Source: Macrostomum lignano | Lineage: Eukaryota | DNA: 64,000 bases | Assembly (NCBI GenBank): GCA_002269645.1 | Contig: NIVC01000102.1 | Span: forward strand, 16,008 to 80,007 | Direction: 5' to 3' | In this document: positions 50,325 through 62,984 of the stretch, in pieces | Layout of the letters: each line of letters begins with the position of its first letter | How positions within the stretch are numbered: the first letter of the stretch is position 1 | Notes under the pieces: generated by a model | The model's input: only the letters and a program-made list of their open reading frames with translations | What the model was told of the DNA's origin: nothing | Databases searched by the model: none | Program-made: the position numbers and the translations under genes

Positions 50325-53300
50325 TGAGAAAGAAGAGAGGAGAAAGGAGAGATGATAGAGTAAAGAGAAGAGAAGGAGAGAGGAAAGATATGAGATTGTA
50401 GAGATGAGAGATTAAGGAATACACAGCAGGGTGCAGAGAGACGAGAGAAGAGAATAGAGGGGAGAGAGTATAGAAGAGGGAAGAGAGGAGAGGAGTAAGG
50501 AAAGAGAAGTCAGAAGAGGGGAAAGAGAAGAGTACACAGGAGAGAGGGGAGTAGAGATGACAGAAGAGAGAGGGGGAATGAGAGAGCAAAGATGAGAATG
50601 AACAGACGATATATGAGAGGAGAGAAGTGGAGAGGGAAGAGAGAAGACAAAAGAGGGAGAGAGTATAGAAGAGAGAAGAGAAGAGACGAGAAGAGAGAAG
50701 AAAGGAGAGAGAGTCCTGAGTCAAAAAGGGGAAAGAGAAGAGTACAAGAGGAGAGAGGTGAGAGAACATATGAGAGTAAAGATGACAGATGAGAGAGGGG
50801 AGATGCGAGAGCAGAAACGATAGTAAACAGGCGAGAGATGGGAGAGTAGAGAGAAAAGAGGAGAGATAAGAAATAAGATATGAGTGGAGACAAGGGAGAG
50901 ATGAGAAGTGAGTGAGGAGAGAGGAGGGGAGGGGAGAGAATCGAGAGGACAGCGGAAATTGGTGAAAAGGATGAGAGAGGAGAGGAAAGAGGGGAGAGAT
51001 TAGAGAGATGGAGGAGAGAGCAGAGATATGTGAGGAGAGAGAGCAGAGAGAAATGAAAAAAGACAAGAGAGAAGATAAAGGAAGAGAAAGGAGAGATAAG
51101 AGAGCAAAGACGAGAGAGAAGAGAGTTGAGGGAAGAGACGATAAGAGAGATGAGAGGAGAGAGAAAAGAATAGAGGGGAGAGGGAAGAGACGAGAGAAGA
51201 GGGGAGAGAGGAGAGAGGAGAGAAAAAGAAGAGATGAGAAAAGAAGAAGAGACGAGAGACGAGAGAGAAGAGACGAGAGACGAGAGAGAGAAGATAGGAA
51301 ACAGAAGAGAAAATAGAAGTTGCAAAGGATGCAAGGGACATTAGGGAGAGGCAGTGGCAGAGGCCAGAGTTTGCCTGACACTCTGTGTAGCATCCCAGCC
51401 AATATCAATATCAATGCTTGCTTCAAATGTCCTAATTTTACACGAATGTATATATTTTATGTTTAACTCTATCCAACTATTAACAAGTTTTTGTTTGAGT
51501 TTGACTCCGATTTTAGAATGGATGCAAAAATAATTCCGGGGAATAGAGTTCCCCGGGTTCAAAATCCGCGGGTTTCAACAGCTTGTATGCATAATATAAT
51601 AGTAGTGGCTTATTTTTTAGTCCAAATTTTAGGGTTACAAAATAGAACTGGCTTGGCCTATGTCCTATCTTACATCATAAAAATGATGTTTCGTTGTACC
51701 AATTATATACAAATTAGAAGGGTCCACAACAATTGACTGCTGAAATTAACTGTAGATCTTAACTTCACTGCTATCTTAAACCCCTCACATTAAACCTAAA
51801 TTAAACACTATTCTAATAAACTAGCTCCAACCTCTTAAACCTTAGTCTAAAACCTAATTTAAGCCACTGACAGTCAATTTAAATTAAAAAGTAAATAATG
51901 ATTCTGTCAAATTCAAACCTGTGGAAACCCCCCCCCTCTAAACAATTGGCAGTCAGCAGCACTTCTCTCGCAGACCCGGATGGTTCCAGTTCAGTGCACG
52001 CTACAACATCAGATGACGCCGCATCCTCAGCATCCGGATGCTACATTGTCAAGGGCAACGTCTATCAGGGCACACCTGCCAATCAGTGGCGGCCAGCCTC
52101 TCTGCAGCAGCTGATGTTGCAGCATCAACAGCTTCAGCAGCAGCAACAGCAGCAGCACTCCAGACGGACCAGCGAAGCTCTGGAAGCTGCTGACGGCGGG
52201 TTCGGGCCCGAGTCGACGCCTGTCTCGGCCACTCTGCCAGTTTCTGGCCGGGTTAAACTGCTGCAGGTGAGGCTATTGTGCCTCTGGGCTCTGATATATC
52301 TCCACTGGCTTACCTATGTGGCTATCAGTCTTCTGCCTGTTTGTTAGTTTTTTTTCTTTCTAGCGCCCTCTGCTTGTCTCCATCTTCGGTCTACCTGTCT
52401 CCTACCCCTACTCCCCTCTCTCAACTCTACCTGTCTCCCTCTACCTCTCCCCTCTACCTGTCTCCCTCTCTCCCATCTACTTGTCTCCATCTACCCTTCT
52501 ACCTGTCTCCCTCTCTCCCCTCTATCTGTTTTCCTCTCCCCCTCGTCCTGTCTCCCTCTCTCCCCTCCACCCGTCTCCCTCTCCCCCTCTACCTGTCTCC
52601 CTCTCTCCCCTCTACCTGTCTCCATCTACCCCTCTACCTGTCTTCCTCTACCCCTCTACCTGTCTCCCTCTCTCCCCTCTAACCGTCTCCCTCTTTCCCC
52701 TCTACCCGTCTCCCTCTCTCCCCTCTACCCGTCTCCCTCTCCCCCTCTACCCGTCTCTCTCTCTCCCCTCTACCCGTCTCCCTCTCCCCCTCTACCCGTC
52801 TCCCTCTCTCCCCTCTACCTGTCTCCCTCTACCCCTCTACCTGTCTCCCTCTCTCCCCTCTACCCGTCTCCCTCTCCCCCTCTACCTGTCTTCCTCTACC
52901 CCTCTACCTGTCTCCATCTACCCCTCTACCTGTCTTCCTCTACCCCTCTACCTGTCTCCCTCTCTCCCCTCTAACCGTCTCCCTCTTTCCCCTCTACCCG
53001 TCTCCCTCTCTCCCCTCTACCCGTCTCCCTCTCCCCCTCTACCCGTCTCTCTCTCTCCCCTCTACCCGTCTCCCTCCCCCTCTACCCGTCTCCCTCTCTC
53101 CCCTCTACCTGTCTCCCTCTCTCCCCTCTACCTGTCTCCCTCTCTCCCCTCTACCCGTCTCCCTCTCCCCCTCTACCCGTCTCTCTCTCTCCCCTCTACC
53201 CGTCTCCCTCTCCCCCTCTACCCGTCTCCCTCTCTCCCCTCTACCTGTCTCCCTCTCTCCCCTCTACCTGTCTCCCTCTCTCCCCTCTACCTGTCTCCCT

Positions 53301-56300
53301 CTCTCCCCTCTACCCGTCTCCCTCTCTCCCCTCTACCCGTCTCCCTCTCCCCCTCTACCCGTCTCCCTCTCTCCCCTCTACCCGTCTCCCTCTCCCCCTC
53401 TACCCGTCTCCCTCTCTCCCCTCTACCTGTCTCCCTCTCTCCCCTCTACCTGTCTCCCTCTCTCCCCTCTACCTGTCTCCCTCTCTCCCCTCTACCTGTC
53501 TCCCTCTCCCCCTCTACCTGTCTCCCTCTCTCCCCTCTACCTGTCTCCCTCTCTCCCCTCTACCTGTCTTCCTCTCCCCCTCTACCTGTCTCTCTCTCTC
53601 ACCCTCTACCTGTCTTCCTCTCCCTTCATCTCACTTTACCAAATTATCTGTCTAATCCATCCGCATTATTTATGCGCACCCCTCACCAACAGGAGTCGCT
53701 TTCCCGCCTCAAACGCCGTCCCCTGCTGACTTCCCCGACCGCCTCCTCCGTTGGCACCGCCCGCGGTTTCGAATCGCTGCCCGTGCTGGGCGCAGAGTTC
53801 GCTGATTCGGAGGACAGCCCCAGCAGTCTGCCTGGCACATTTGATGAAGCTCTGCAGCGTCACGCAGGCGAAGGCTCTGGCAAATCCCTGGCCATCACCT
53901 GTATGGAGGCCGACGGTAAAACTGGTCGCACTCTGACCTACGCCAAGCTGTACAGCTCCTCTAGGAGACTGGCTTATTACCTGCTGAATAAGGTCGGGCA
54001 CAAGGGTTCGAGCAGTTTGAAACCAGGCGATCGGGCTGCTCTGCTGTTGCCAGCATCTGATGTGTGCACTCTGGCCACCGCCTTTGCCGCCTGTCAGCTG
54101 GCTGGTGTGGTGCCTGTACCTGTTGAACCGCCGCCTACTGCCACTGCCGAGACTGGCCAGATGCTGGCTGCTCTGGAGGTTGGCTTGCTTGCTTTTATCA
54201 ATTAATATCGTCTGGCGCGTCTAATGCCCTGCGTGCCTAATAGTGCTCTCCCTGCATGCCTAATAGTGCCCTCCCGGTGTGTTTAATAGTGCTCTCCCTG
54301 CATGCCTGATAGTGCCCTCCCTGCATGCCTAATAGTGCCCTCCCTCATGTCTAATAGTGCCCTCCCTGTATGTCTAATAGTGCCCTCCCTCATGTCTAAT
54401 AGTGCCCTCCCTGTATGTCTAATAGTGCCCTCCCTCATGTCTAATAGTGCCCTCCCTGTATGTCTAATAGTGCCCTCCCTCATGTCTAATAGTGCCCTCC
54501 CTGTATGTCTAATAGTGCCCTCCCTGTATGTCTAATAGTGCCCTCCCTCATGTCTAATAGTGCCCTCCCTGCATGCCTAATAGTGCCCTCCCGGTGTGCC
54601 TAATAGTGCCCTCCCGGTGTGCCTAATAGTGCCCTCCCGGTGTGCCTAATAGTGCCCTCCCTGTATGTCTAATAGTGCCCTCCCTCATGTCTAATAGTGC
54701 CCTCCCTGCATGCCTAATAGTGCCCTCCCGGTGTGCCTAATAGTGCCCTCCCGGTGTGCCTAATAGTGCCCTCCCGGTGTGCCTAATAGTGCCCTCCCTG
54801 TATGTCTAATAGTGCCCTCCCTGCATGCCTAATAGTGCCCTCCCGGTGTGCCTAATAGTGCCCTCCCTCATGTCTAATAGTGCCCTCCCTGTATGTCTAA
54901 TAGTGCCCTCCCTCATGTCTAATAGTGCCCTCCCTGTATGTCTAATAGTGCCCTCCCTCATGTCTAATAGTGCCCTCCCTGTATGTCTAATAGTGCCCTC
55001 CCTCATGTCTAATAGTGCCCTCCCTGTATGTCTAATAGTGCCCTCCCTGTATGTCTAATAGTGCCCTCCCTCATGTCTAATAGTGCCCTCCCTGCATGCC
55101 TAATAGTGCCCTCCCGGTGTGCCTAATAGTGCCCTCCCGGTGTGCCTAATAGTGCCCTCCCGGTGTGCCTAATAGTGCCCTCCCTGTATGTCTAATAGTG
55201 CCCTCCCTGCATGCCTAATAGTGCCCTCCCGGTGTGCCTAATAGTGCCCTCCCTGCATGCCTAATAGTGCCCTCCCTGCATGCCTAATAGTGCCCTCCCG
55301 GTGTGCCTAATAGTGCCCTTCCGGTGTGCCTAATAGTGCCCTCCCGGTGTGCCTAATAGTGCTCTCCCTGTATGTCTAATAGTGCCCTCCCTGCGTGCCT
55401 AGTAGTGCCCTCCTGGTGTGCCTAATAGTGCCCTCCCTGCATGCCTAATAGTGCCCTCCCTGCGTGCCTAATAGTGCCCTCCCTGTATGTCTAATAGTGC
55501 CCTCCCTGCGTGCCTAATAGTGCCCTCCCTGCGTGCCTAATAGTGCCCTCCCTGCGTGCCTAATAGTGCCCTCCCTGTATGCCTAATAGTGCCCTCCCTG
55601 CATGCCTAATAGTGCCCTCCCGGTGTGCCTAATAGTGCCCTCCCGGTGTGTTTAATAGTGCTCTCCCTGCATGCCTAATAGTGCCCTCCCTGCATGTCTA
55701 ATAGTGCCCTCCCTGCATGCCTAATAGTGCCCTCCCGGTGTGCCTAATAGTGCCCTCCCTGCATGTCTAATAGTGCCCTCCCTGCATGCCTAATAGTGCC
55801 CTCCCGGTGTGCCTAATAGTGCCCTCCCTGCATGCCTAATAGTGCCCTCCCTGCATGCCTAATAGTGCCCTCCCTGCATGCCTAATAGTGCCCTCCCGGT
55901 GTGCCCAATAGTGCCCTCCCGGTGTGTTTAATAGTGCTCTCCCTGCATGCCTAATAGTGCCCTCCCTGTATGTCTAATAGTGCCCTCCCTGCATGCCTAA
56001 TTAGTGCCCTCCCGGTGTGCCTAATAGTGCCTTCCCTGCATGTCTAATAGTGCCCTCCCTGCATGCCTAATAGTGCCCTCCCGGTGTGCCTAATAGTGCC
56101 CTCCCTGCATGCCTAATAGTGCCCTCCCTGCATGCCTAATAGTGCCCTCCCGGTGTGCCTAATAGTGCCCTCCCGGTGTGCCTAATAGTGCCCTCCCGGT
56201 GTGCCTAATAGTGCTCTCCCTGTATGTCTAATAGTGCCCTCCCTGTACGTCTAATAGTGCCCTCCCGGTGTGCCTAATAGTGCCTTCCCTGCGTGCCTAA

Positions 56301-59300
56301 TAGTGCCCTCCCTGTATGCCTAATAACACACCTATCTACACACCTGACACACTTCCCGGCATGTCTATTGACTAATTAAGTTTTTATATTACACTGGCAT
56401 ACAAAAAACGCAAACCACCGCCCCCACCTCACAAGGCCCGAGCCGTGCTCACTAGCGAATCATTCTATCGCCAGCTGAAGACTCAGTCCCAGCACGAGCC
56501 GCCCTCTTACCCGGGCTGGCCGAGCGGCTTGCACTGGATCCTGGCCGATGCCCAGGGCCTGACTAAACCGGCGAAGGACTGGCGACCGCCCCAGTCTGGA
56601 CAGCAGAGCCAGCAGCAGCCGCTAGCCTATGCTGAATGCGGCCCAGCCAGAGACGGCAGCGCCAGAGCTGTGTGCATATCCAGAGCTGCTCTGCTGAGCC
56701 ACGGCAAAGCGCTCTGCTCAGCGCTGGGCTACGGCAAAGGCGACACGGCCGTATGTCTGCTGGATCCTCGCCGTGATGTCGGCCTATGGCACGGCCTGGT
56801 AGCCGCTATGCTAGCCGGTCTGCACGTGTATTTTGTACCCTACAGTCTGATGAAATCCGATTCATTAGCTTGGCTGCGTCTGGTTGCTAAGCAACGGGTG
56901 GCCTATGCTTGGGCGAAATCGCGCGATCTCTACTGGTCTCTGCTGGCTGGAAAAGACGAGAGCTCTACTAGCGGAATGAGTCTGGCTAGTCTGCGCTGTC
57001 TTCTAGTAGCAGACTCCACCAATCCTTGGTCGTTGACGTCGTGCGATTCTTTCTTGACTTGTTTTCGAAGCCGGGGCTTGAGCCCGAACTGTCTGGTCAC
57101 GTGTGCCTACTCGCCTGAGTCTCTGACTGTCAGCCTGCGCAGACCGGGCTACTCTGTTGGTCGGGGCGTTGTCAGCATGCACGGGCTGAGCTATGGACTA
57201 GTGCAGGTAAGGAACTCCTCCCAAGTTCTTAAATAGCTTCTTGCATTGTAATTTGGAGTTCCAGATACTCGAATAGCTTTCCATTATCTTCAATTAGCTT
57301 CCCAGATCTTCAATTAGATTTCCAGATCCTCAATTAGCTTCCCAAATCCTCAAATAGCTTCTCAAATCCTCAGATAGCTTTCCAGCTCCTTAGATAGCTT
57401 CCCAGATCCTCAATTAGCTTCCCAGATCCTCAATTAGCTTCCCAGATCCTTAAATAGCTTCCAGATCCTTAAATAGCTTCCAGATCCTCAACTAGCATCC
57501 CAGATTCTCAGAAAGCTTTCCAGATTCTCAATTAGCTTCCTAGATCCTCAACTAGCTTCCCAGATCCTTAAATAGCTTTCCAGCTCCTTAGATAGCTTCC
57601 CAGATCCTCAATTAGCTTCCCAGATCCTCAATTAGCTTCTCAGATCCTTAAATAGCTTTCCAGCTCCTTAGATAGCTTCCCAGATCCTCAACTAGCATCC
57701 CAGATTCTCAGAAAGCTTCCCAGATTCTCAATTAGCTTCCCAGATCTTCAATTAGATTTCCAGATCCTCAATTAGCTTCCCAGATCTTCAATTAGATTCC
57801 CAGATCCTCAACTAGCTTCCCAGATCCTTGAATAGCTTCCCAGATCTTTGAATAGTTTCCCAGATCCTTAAATAGCTTCCCAGATCCTTAAATAGCTTCC
57901 CAGATCCTTAAATAGCTTCCCAGATCCTCAACTAGCTTCCCAGATCCTCAACTAGCATCTCAGATCCTCAACTAGCTTCTCAGATCCTTAAATAGCTTCC
58001 CAGATCCTCAACTAGCTTCCCAGATCCTCAACTAGCATCTCAGATCCTCAACTAGCTTCTCAGATCCTGAAATAGCTTCCCAGATCCTTAAATAGCTTCC
58101 CAGATCCTCGAATGGCTTTCCAGATCCTTAGAAAGCCCCCAGATCCTCAAATAATTTCCCAGATCCCTAGAAAGCTCCCCAGATCCCTAGAAAGCTCCCC
58201 AGATCCCTAGAAAGCTCCCCAGATCCCTAGAAAGCTCCCCAGATCCCTAGAAAGCTCCCCAGATCCCTAGAAAGCTCCCCAAATGCTCAACTAGCTTCCC
58301 AGATCCTTGAATAGCTTCCCAGATCCTTAAATAGCTTCCCAGATCCTTAAATAGCTTTCCAGTTCCTTAGATAGCTTCCCAGATCCTCAATTAGCTTCCC
58401 AGATCCTCAATTAGCTTCCCAGATCCTTAAATAGCTTTCCAGCTCCTTAGATAGCTTCCCAGATCCTCAATTAGCTTCCCAGATCCTCAATTAGCTTCCC
58501 AGATCCTTAAATAGCTTTCCAGCTCCTTAGATAGCTTCCCAGATCCTCAACTAGCATCCTAGATTCTCAGAAAGCTTCCCAGATTCTCAATTAGCTTCCC
58601 AGATCTTCAATTAGATTTCCAGATCCTCAATTAGCTTGCCAGATCCTCAATTAGATTTTCAGATCCTCAAATAGCTTCCCAGATCCTCAACTAGCTTCCC
58701 AGATCCTTGAATAGCTTCCCAGATCTTTGAATAGCTTCCCAGATCCCTAAATAGCTTCCCAGATCCTTAAATAGCTTCCCAGATCCTTAAATAGCTTCCC
58801 AGATCCTCAACTAGCATCTCAGATCCTCAACTAGCTTCTCAGATCCTTAAATAGCTTTCTAGATCCTCAAATAGCTTTCTAGATCCTGAAATAGCTTCCC
58901 AGATCCTTAAATAGCTTCCCAGATCCTTAAATAGCTTCCCAGATCCTCGAATGGCTTTCCAGATCCTTAGAAAGCCCCCCAGATCCTCAAATAATTTCCC
59001 AGATCCCTAGAAAGCTCCCCAGATCCCTAGAAAGCTCCCCAGATCCCTAGAAAGCTCCCCAGATCCCTAGAAAGCTCCCCAGATCCCTAGAAAGCTCCCC
59101 AGATCCCTAGAAAGCTCCCCAGATCCCTAGAAAGCTCCCCAGATCCCTAGAAAGCTCCCCAGATCCCTAGAAAGCTCCCCAGATCCCTAGAAAGCTCCCC
59201 AGATCCCTAGAAAGCTCCCCAGATCCCTAGAAAGCTCCCCAGATCCCTAGAAAGCTCCCCAGATCCCTAGAAAGCTCCCCAAATGCTCAATTAGCTTCCC

Positions 59301-62300
59301 AGATCCCTAGAGGGCCTCTAGAATATTCAAATATCTTCCAAGAGTCAAATAGAATCCTCAGTTTCTGGGCCCCCAGTCAATGAGTCAATACCCTATCAGA
59401 AACCCCTGCACTCTGCCGCTGCCAGGTGGACTCTGATTCGTCCTACACGTCGCTCACCCTGCAAGACTGCGGCCACCTGCTGCCCCAGTCGGCTGTCGCG
59501 GTGGTCCGTCTCGGCCGTCAGGGCGCCACGGAGTCCCGGCCGCAGCTGTGCCGCGTTGATGAAGTTGGCGAAATCTGCGTCTGCTCTCGCTACTCAGCGG
59601 CCAGGTACGCCGGGAACGACTCGCCGAATGAACGGGTGTTCAACTGCCGGCCTGTGAGCGCTACGGGAGACGAAATTGACTCAGCGGGATCGGGCACTGA
59701 TGGGGCCTTTGTGCGCACCGGATTGATCGGCTTTCTGGGCCCGCCTACTTCGGTAAGAGAGTGGCTCTGGTTGTTTTGTGTGGTTTTTTTAACATTAAAA
59801 ATAATTTTTCGAGTAGCGTCTCAAACTCTCAGCTAGCTTCATAGATCCTTAAATAGATTCTATGATCCTCAGTCAACTTCCCAGATCCTCAGCTTAGATC
59901 ATCGCAGATCCTCATTTTTTCTTAGATCCTCAACTCAGATCCTCAACTCAGATCCTCAACTCAGATCCTCAACTCAGATCCTCAACTACCCAGATCCTCA
60001 ACTACCCAGATCCTCAACTACCCAGATCCTCAACTACCAACATCCTCAACTACCCAGATCCTCAACTACCAACATCCTCAACTACCCAGATCCTCAACTA
60101 CCCAGATCCTCAACTACCAACATCCTCAACTACCCAGATCCTCAACTACCCAGATCCTCAACTACCCAGATCCTCAACTACCCAGATCCTCAACTACCAA
60201 CATCCTCAACTACCCAGATCCTCAACTACCAACATCCTCAACTACCCAGATCCTCAACTACCCAGATCCTCAACTACCCAGATCCTCAACTACCCAGATC
60301 CTCAACTACCCAGATCCTTAACTACCCAAATCCTCAACTACCCAGATCCTCAACTACCCAGATCCTCAACTACCCAGATCCTCAACTACCCAGATCCTCA
60401 ACTACCCAAATCCTCAACTACCGAGATCCTCAACTACCCAGATCCTTAACTACCCAAATCCTCAACTACCAACATCCTCAACTACCCAGATCCTCAACTA
60501 CCCGAATCCTCAACTACCCAGATCCTCAACTACCCAGATCCTCAACTACCCAGATCCTCAACTACCCAAATCCTCAACTACCCAGATCCTCAACTACCCA
60601 AATCCTCAACTACCCAAATCCTCAGCTACCCAAATCCTCAACTACCCAGATCCTCAACTACCCAGATCCTCAACTACCCAGATCCTCAACTACCCAGATC
60701 CTCAACTACCCAAATCCTCAACTACCCAGATCCTCAACTACCCAGATCCTCAACTACCCAGATCCTCAACTACCCAGATCCTCAACTGCCCAGATCCTCA
60801 ACTACCCAGATCCTCAACTACCCAGATCCTCAACTACCCAGATCCTCAACTACCCAGATCCTCAACTACCCAGATCCTCAACTACCCAGATCCTCAACTA
60901 CCCAGATCCTCAACTACCCAGATCCTCAACTACCCAAATCCTCAACTACCCAAATCCTCAACTACCCAGATCCTCAACTACCCAGATCCTCAACTACCCA
61001 GATCCTCAACTACCCAGATCCTCAACTACCCAGATCCTCAACTACCCAGATCCTCAACTACCCAGATCCTCAACTACCCAGATCCTCAACTACCCAGATC
61101 CTCAACTACCCAGATCCTTAACTACCCAGATCCTCAACTACCCAGATCCTCTACTTAGATTCTTAATTATCTTCTCAGATACTCAACTAGAATCCTAGAT
61201 GTTTAACTTCCGGGATCCTCAACGAGAATCCCAGATCTTCAACTAGCTGTCCAAATCCTCAACTAGCATCCCTACATACCCCAACAGCTCTCCACTTTCC
61301 AACAAGCAATGAATCCCCATTGCGTCACCACAGGGAGGCCTGCTATTCGTTTGCGGCACAATTGCCACCCAACTATGCGTTGCTAAGCGACGCCACAGCG
61401 CCGAAGACATCATAGCAACCGTGCTGGCTGTTGAGCCTTTAAAATTCGTCTATCGCGGTCGCATAGCCGTGTTCGCCCAACCGTTGCTAGGCGACGATCG
61501 AATCGTTGTGGTTGCGAGCAACGCCCTGACGCCAGCGACTCGCGCTGTCACACCTGGGCCTGTCACGTGCTGCAGGCGATCGAGAGCATTCACCAGGTGT
61601 GCTGATTTGCTGGATCAATAAGATACCCTCTCGGGTTACCTGTCTCAATAAGATACCTTCTGGGATACCTGTCTCAATAAGATACCTTCTGGGATACATG
61701 TCTCAATAAGATACCTTCTGGGGTTACCTGTCTCAATAAGATACCCTCTGAGGATACCTGTCTCACTAAGATACCCTCTGGGGTTACCTGTCTCAATAAG
61801 ATACCTTCTGGGGATAAATGTCTCAATAGGATACCCTCTCCGGATACCTGTCTCAATAAGATACCCTCTGTCTGGGGTTACCTGTCGCAATAAGATATCC
61901 TCTGTGGTACCCTTTCTCAATAAGATACCCTCTGTGGTTACCTGTCGCAATAAGATACCCTCTGTGGTTACCTGTCGCGATAAGATACCCTCTGTGGTTA
62001 CCTGTCGCAATAAGATACCCTCTGTGGTTACCTGTCGCGATAAGATACCCTCTGTGGTTACCTACAGGAGACACATATGGCACCTGCCTTCCTCAGCTGA
62101 TGTATTCGAATGTCGAACCCCCCCCCCCAAATCAGCTGTCAGTTTACTGCCTGGCCCTCGTCCCGGCCAACCGCTGCCCGCGGTCCGCACGGCTCCGTGG
62201 AAACCGTCACTGTTCGAGACCTGTACTCGGCCGGCCGACTCCGACCCTGTCGCGTGCTCATGTGCCCCCAGGCCGCCGTTGCCGACCAGCTGCAGTTACT

Positions 62301-62884
62301 AATCGACGACGCCAACAATCCGACCTCCGACATCGACAACAATAGCGACGATTCGAAGTCGGTCGAGTCTATCGAGCCGTCGGTGTCGGACCGGAGCTCG
62401 ACAAGTTCCAGCAGCGCCGGGCCGACGCTGCCCTGCCTGACGCTGACCGACGCCCTTCGATGGCGAGCCAGCAGAGAGCCGGACACTCGACTGTTGTCGG
62501 TTTGCACCGACGCTTCGTCCGCATCCGACACCGACGGAGACTCATCCGCCGACACCGTAGACATTGTTGCCAGCTGCTCAGTTGGCGAGCCGCTCACCGC
62601 TCAGGGCCTGCTCAAACGAGCCGATCGGGTTGCCAGCCTGATTCGAACTGGACTGCAGCTCACTGCTCAACAACAGGCGCTGGTGTCTCCCATTGTGGCT
62701 GTGCAGCGGCTCCAGGCCCGGACCTTCTTGCCGGACTGTTCGGCGCTATGCTGGCCGGCTGCGTGCCCGCCGTGATGCGGCCGCCTGCACCCGCTCCCAG
62801 CAGCTTGTCGGCTTTCGCTAGGCTGGTCCGCGCTGCAGACTGCGTGGCGTAGTTGCTAGCCAGCCCGTGGCCAAGCTGCTGAAG
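45723..62884 (+). CDS. DIP2: Disco-interacting protein 2 homolog, 5' part (continues beyond the window)
   Basis: Exons 51953-52266, 53693-54178, 56436-57206, 59426-59752, 61334-61596 and 62136-62884, plus a candidate first exon 45723-45735 (MQES, phase 1). Motifs LTYAKL, LKPGDRAALL, GVVPVPVE, DVGLWHG, NPWSLTSCDSF, DEVGEICV, FVRTGLIGFLGP, AEDIIATVLAVEP, YRGRIAVF, YCLALVP, VLMCP and LRWRA. The last two exons need single-base frame corrections. Confidence 0.9.
45778..48729 (+). mobile_element. Non-autonomous Helitron, copy 1
   Basis: Follows A; starts TCTCTACATATAAAAA plus a GTCT/GT microsatellite; ends with an imperfect hairpin CCCGGGTTCAAAATCCGCGGG and CAACAGCTTG; no TSD. Confidence 0.8.
46990..48430. 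repeat. GA-rich low-complexity tract inside Helitron copy 1
   Basis: Purine-rich GAGA/GAGGA run; source of the Leu/Ser pseudo-ORFs. Confidence 0.9.
48730..51585 (+). mobile_element. Non-autonomous Helitron, copy 2, directly abutting copy 1
   Basis: Same 5' TCTCTACATATAAAAA start, collinear body and same 3' hairpin-CTTG end; followed by T. Confidence 0.8.
49950..51330. repeat. GA-rich low-complexity tract inside Helitron copy 2
   Basis: Same composition and position as in copy 1. Confidence 0.9.
52365..53635. repeat. CT-rich ~23-bp array in a DIP2 intron
   Basis: CTCTCTCCCCTCTACCTGTCTCC units. Confidence 0.93.
54222..56325. repeat. 23-bp array, about 90 copies, in a DIP2 intron
   Basis: TAATAGTGCCCTCCCTGCATGCC and variants. 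Confidence 0.97.
57285..59310. repeat. 20-bp array with two sub-families in a DIP2 intron
   Basis: TAGCTTCCCAGATCCTCAAT and CCCAGATCCCTAGAAAGCTC units; a large internal duplication is visible. Confidence 0.95.
59925..61150. repeat. 16-bp array, about 75 copies, in a DIP2 intron
   Basis: CCCAGATCCTCAACTA units. Confidence 0.97.
61615..62066. repeat. 30-bp array in a DIP2 intron
   Basis: ATAAGATACCCTCTGTGGTTACCTGTCGCA units. Confidence 0.93.
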
Positions 62885-62984
62885 GTGGGGCGCTGGGTCT
62901 TTTTTAATTCATGCTTCTCTTGTTGATTTTATGGATCCTATGCCTAAGATTCCTATCCGATGAATTCCAAGATACCCACTTCTT

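Noticed and set aside
46774-51426. Leu/Ser-rich ORFs up to 593 aa
   Set aside because: They are antisense translations of GA-rich tracts inside the Helitrons.
52481-53692. Pro/Leu/Ser-rich N-terminal part of the 574-aa ORF
   Set aside because: It is an intronic CT array in frame by chance; the real DIP2 exon starts at the acceptor at 53693.
61334-62884. DIP2 as a pseudogene
   Set aside because: Upstream exons are clean and every lesion is a homopolymer deletion, so assembly error is more likely.
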